Below are positions 61,044 to 64,000 of a DNA stretch of 64,000 bases, one piece after another; position 1 is the stretch's first letter, and the number at the start of each line of letters is the position of its first letter. The stretch is from NCBI GenBank assembly GCA_003971905.1, contig RSEE01000014.1:186001-250000 (forward strand). The letters are read 5' to 3'. The stretch comes from Moniliella sp. 'wahieum'. Lineage: Eukaryota. The notes under the pieces were generated by a model. It saw only the letters and a program-made list of their open reading frames with translations, made no database searches and was not told where the DNA came from. Both the position numbers and the translations under genes were made by a program.

Positions 61044-63023
61044 TTACAGATGGGCCGGAGGCTGCTGGCCTTCGCTGCTGATCGTCTCGGCCATCCACCC
61101 AGCCACGATGCCCGCTATCCGGTCCGGCAGCAGCTGGGGCATCATGTGTCCCGAATCAGCCACCACCACCGCCTCGCCCTGGATGGGGAACCGAGCGCGC
61201 AATCGTCCCACCCCACAAGCGCTGTCTCCGCCTCCTTGCCCCCGGCTGCGATGGCCTGCCGATTGTCCTCAATGAACTGGGCGCGCACCCGTTCGCCTTC
61301 GTGCAACTGGTCCGACAAGGTGGGTAGTACGCCTCCCGGACCGGGCTCCATCCAGCGAAGCCGTTGGTAATACGGAGTGATCTGGTGATATCTCCCGTAC
61401 TCGGTTGCAAATGCAGTGAACGTACGGCCCTTACGGTGAGAAGCTCGAACCTGATCACCACCACCCCACACCAATGCGATTCCAATAGTTGGCAAAACGC
61501 CCAGAAAGGAGAGCAAGCATGTTATGCATCCCGCTCCAACTGCTTGCAAACAGGGCACCTTCCGAGTACTTGGACGTGCTCAGGTGCACTGCCTCTTCCG
61601 ACTCTTGTGTCAGCGGAGGGATGCTCCCGTCAGCCCGAGGGAAGGGGACGAGGGCATGGTTGAAAACAGGTTGCGTGCCGCCTCGTGCCATGCACCATAA
61701 AACGGCGAACGGGTCAAGGCAGTCTGTGCTGCGGCGAAGGAAGGCCACGTATCGCGTCGACGGACCGTCACCCCAGCGAGGGACGAAGGGGCAAAGTTTT
61801 CCTCGAGCGAGGGCATTGGTGGTCCACGTGGGATCTCAGTGCCATCGGGAGCTAGGAGGGCAGGTAAGCCCTCGACGGAAAAGACAGGCGGGTGGGCCAA
61901 AGGCGGGTCCAACATGATCAAGGTATCGATCAGGTGAGGATGGGAGTTTGCGGCCATAGTAGCAAGACAAGCGCCTACGCTGTGCCCGATCAGAACGACC
62001 CTGGGAGGCGGGGATGTCGCCTTCGCATCATCCTTGACGCGCGGCAACACGGGTCCTAGCTCTTCCTCTTGGCCGGCGCGGGTGGCGGGGAGGTAGTGTT
62101 TCAGAAACTGAAGCACATCCCGGGACAAGTCGGGCCAAAAGTGGACTGGCAACAACAAGTAGCGGGGGGGGAAGGAGGTCAGTACCACTCCATTCAAAAA
62201 GGTATTAGGACCAAAAAAAACGTACGACCAGCCCCGACACCATGTCGATTGAGCGATGCCGACTCGCCCATATCCAGTGCATCCAGGGACCAAATATCAT
62301 CCACCACAATATCGGACGAAAGTTTGGCCAGTAGCGCAGCCAAGAACGGCTCAAATGTCTGACCCAAATCCACCTGGTTAATTTGCTGGGGCCACAACTC
62401 CCTGATTCTCAAGACAGGCAGAAAGACAGGGCGGGGGGACTCACCTCCTTATGAAGGCCATTCGCATGAAGCAAAACGAGAGTAACATGTTGGTCCTTGG
62501 GGGTGGCCCGCCTACGGCGGGGCTCAGCCGGAACGATGCGCTGGGCCACAGCCCACAGTTGCCGTTCTCTCTGCACGATGCGCTCCTGGACGACACGCTC
62601 GTGGCCTGTCGCTGTGGTTGGGAGCTGAAAGCCCGACGATTCGAGGGCCTGGGGCGTCCACGTCTCCCATGCGGCTGCCGCGTCTGGTTTGGACAAGCCG
62701 GCAGGAGGAAGCGGATTTCCCACGGGGATGGTCGCTGTGGGCAGCGCGCGCGGCCAAGCAGCGGGGAAAACATGGGATCGGGAAGTCCAGGCCGTACCAT
62801 CGGGGCCTCGGAATGCCGTGCGCTCCCCAGACAGTTGACCACCGGGAAGAAGGTGCAGCGGCGGGGCCAAGGCGTCGGGTGCCGTCGCTGGGACCTGCCA
62901 TCGGTGGGGCCCGCCAGCCCGAGGGGGAGGGGCAGTGGCAGGTGGGACGAGCGGCAGAAGCAGTTGCGCCGGGTTGGTGACCGCAGCCTGCAGGGCCTTC
63001 TTGGTCAGCGTCGCCGTAGCCAT
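61044..63023 (-). CDS. Alpha/beta hydrolase (Lpx1-like) with C-terminal PTS1 (AHL)
   Basis: LVLLHANGLHKE, IWSLDALDMGESA, nucleophile motif LIGHSVG, LIMLDP, RRRDTWPS, catalytic His in SGHMMPQ; ends QQPPAHL*. Confidence 0.82.
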
Positions 63024-63331
63024 GGGGGATGGGCTCTGGGATCTGGGAGCACAGACAAGAATCGGTGGAACGAGAAGGTAATAAATGGATTGCGCAAGTG
63101 AAAGAAATGCAAGGTGCCAGCCAACATCCGGGTACCGGGGGGTAGATACCGGTTAAAGCAGTTTGTCTCCGGATACCGAGGCAATCGATTGCGATCTGGA
63201 TACCGACCGAGGCCGACCGAGGTCAACCGAGGCGGCGGTTGCCTTTTCCGAAAGAGGTTTGAATCAAAACAGTGACTGGTGGCTTGGACCGACAGTCCCT
63301 CTGATATCGTCCCTGGCAGTTGGTAGGAAAA

Positions 63332-63427
63332 GGCGAGATAGCGAAGTGGTCTAACGCGCTGTGTTAAGGAGTTTCGGCTTTCTAACCGCAGTCCTCCGGG
63401 GCGTGGGTTCGAATCCCACTCTCGTCA
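63332..63427 (+). tRNA. tRNA-Leu(AAG) with 16-nt intron (63370-63385)
   Basis: Acceptor GGCGAGA/TCTCGTC, D-arm with TGG, anticodon stem CTGTG/CGCAG around TT-AAG-G, long variable arm, T-arm GTGGG-TTCGAAT-CCCAC. Confidence 0.93.
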
Positions 63428-63428
63428 C

Positions 63429-63442
63429 TTTTTACTTTTTTT
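63429..63442 (+). terminator. Pol III oligo-T terminator
   Basis: T5 and T7 runs immediately after the tRNA. Confidence 0.8.
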
Positions 63443-63509
63443 CGTTACCAAGAACAGGAAAGCAATTATGGTCATTGATCCCACGCTGTACACGGGCGGG
63501 TGAAAATCC

Positions 63510-64000
63510 CTGTTGAATAAAGCGGCGTGCGCGTTGTCAATGTTCTGACGTAAGCGACGGGCGTAAGCCGGAGGTCACCCGCCCACATGGGTGATAAATA
63601 CCCTCCAGCGTGGAACGGTGGACCAGCGGCTGCGGTGGCGACGGGGGAACGGTGGCTACGGTGGCGAGCAAGCACCAAGCACCAAGCACCTGACCGGGCC
63701 GTAGGCCTCTAGTTTGAAATATGGGTCATGGCGCTCTAGTTTGAAATATGGGTCATGGCGGGATTGGAAAATGGGTAAATCGGCTGCATATTTGAAACTA
63801 ACCGGGCCTACGGCCCGGTCAGGTGCTTGGTGCTTGGTGCTTGCTCGCCACCGTAGCCACCGTTCCCCCGTCGCCACCGCCCGCTGGTCCACCGTTCCAC
63901 GCTGGAGGGTATTTATCACCCATGTGGGCAGGTGACCTCCGGCTTACGCCCGTCGCTTACGTCAGAACATTGACAACGCGCACGCCGCTTTATTCAACAG
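63510..64000. mobile_element. Large palindrome / foldback element: arms of at least ~195 bp, 97-bp spacer, truncated by the window end
   Basis: 63510-63707 is a near-perfect reverse complement of 63805-64000. The spacer holds a 27-bp direct repeat (CTCTAGTTTGAAATATGGGTCATGGCG x2). Confidence 0.85.

Noticed and set aside
830..63023. Frameshifts in NSP1, SLA1, CTR9, HEM13, SEC24 and others read as mass pseudogenisation or programmed frameshifting
   Set aside because: They affect essential housekeeping genes throughout the window and leave motifs intact on both sides, as expected for uncorrected long-read indel errors.

Overview
Eukaryotic (fungal) genomic DNA, most likely a basidiomycete of the smut-related lineage (Ustilaginomycotina). 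This is inferred from a bE-type homeodomain gene, GC-rich coding regions and short GT-AG introns with CTGAC branch sites. Nearly every conserved gene has small frameshifts, which look like uncorrected long-read indels, so CDS coordinates below are gene spans rather than exact models. Left arm (1-25 kb): DHA1-type MFS transporter, NSP1/Nup62, an HD1 (bE-like) homeodomain gene with no divergent HD2 partner in the window, a greatly expanded LAMTOR2-like roadblock protein, LETM1/Mdm38-like, a hypothetical protein, Whi5/Nrm1-like, Mak31/Naa38-like LSm and SLA1. Next come a young full-length Ty1/copia element (identical 160-bp LTRs, TGGGC target duplication, in-frame TAG ahead of protease) and RPS14. 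A ~16-kb gene-poor block (32-47.9 kb) holds LTR remnants, a solo LTR, a 139-bp TIR mini-element and a divergent HSF-domain gene, and is a possible centromere or heterochromatin block. Right arm: CTR9, uL23m, HEM13, SEC24, a PTS1-bearing alpha/beta hydrolase, an intron-containing tRNA-Leu(AAG) and a large palindromic element that runs off the window end. Homology calls rest on motifs I recognised by eye, and no database search was run.
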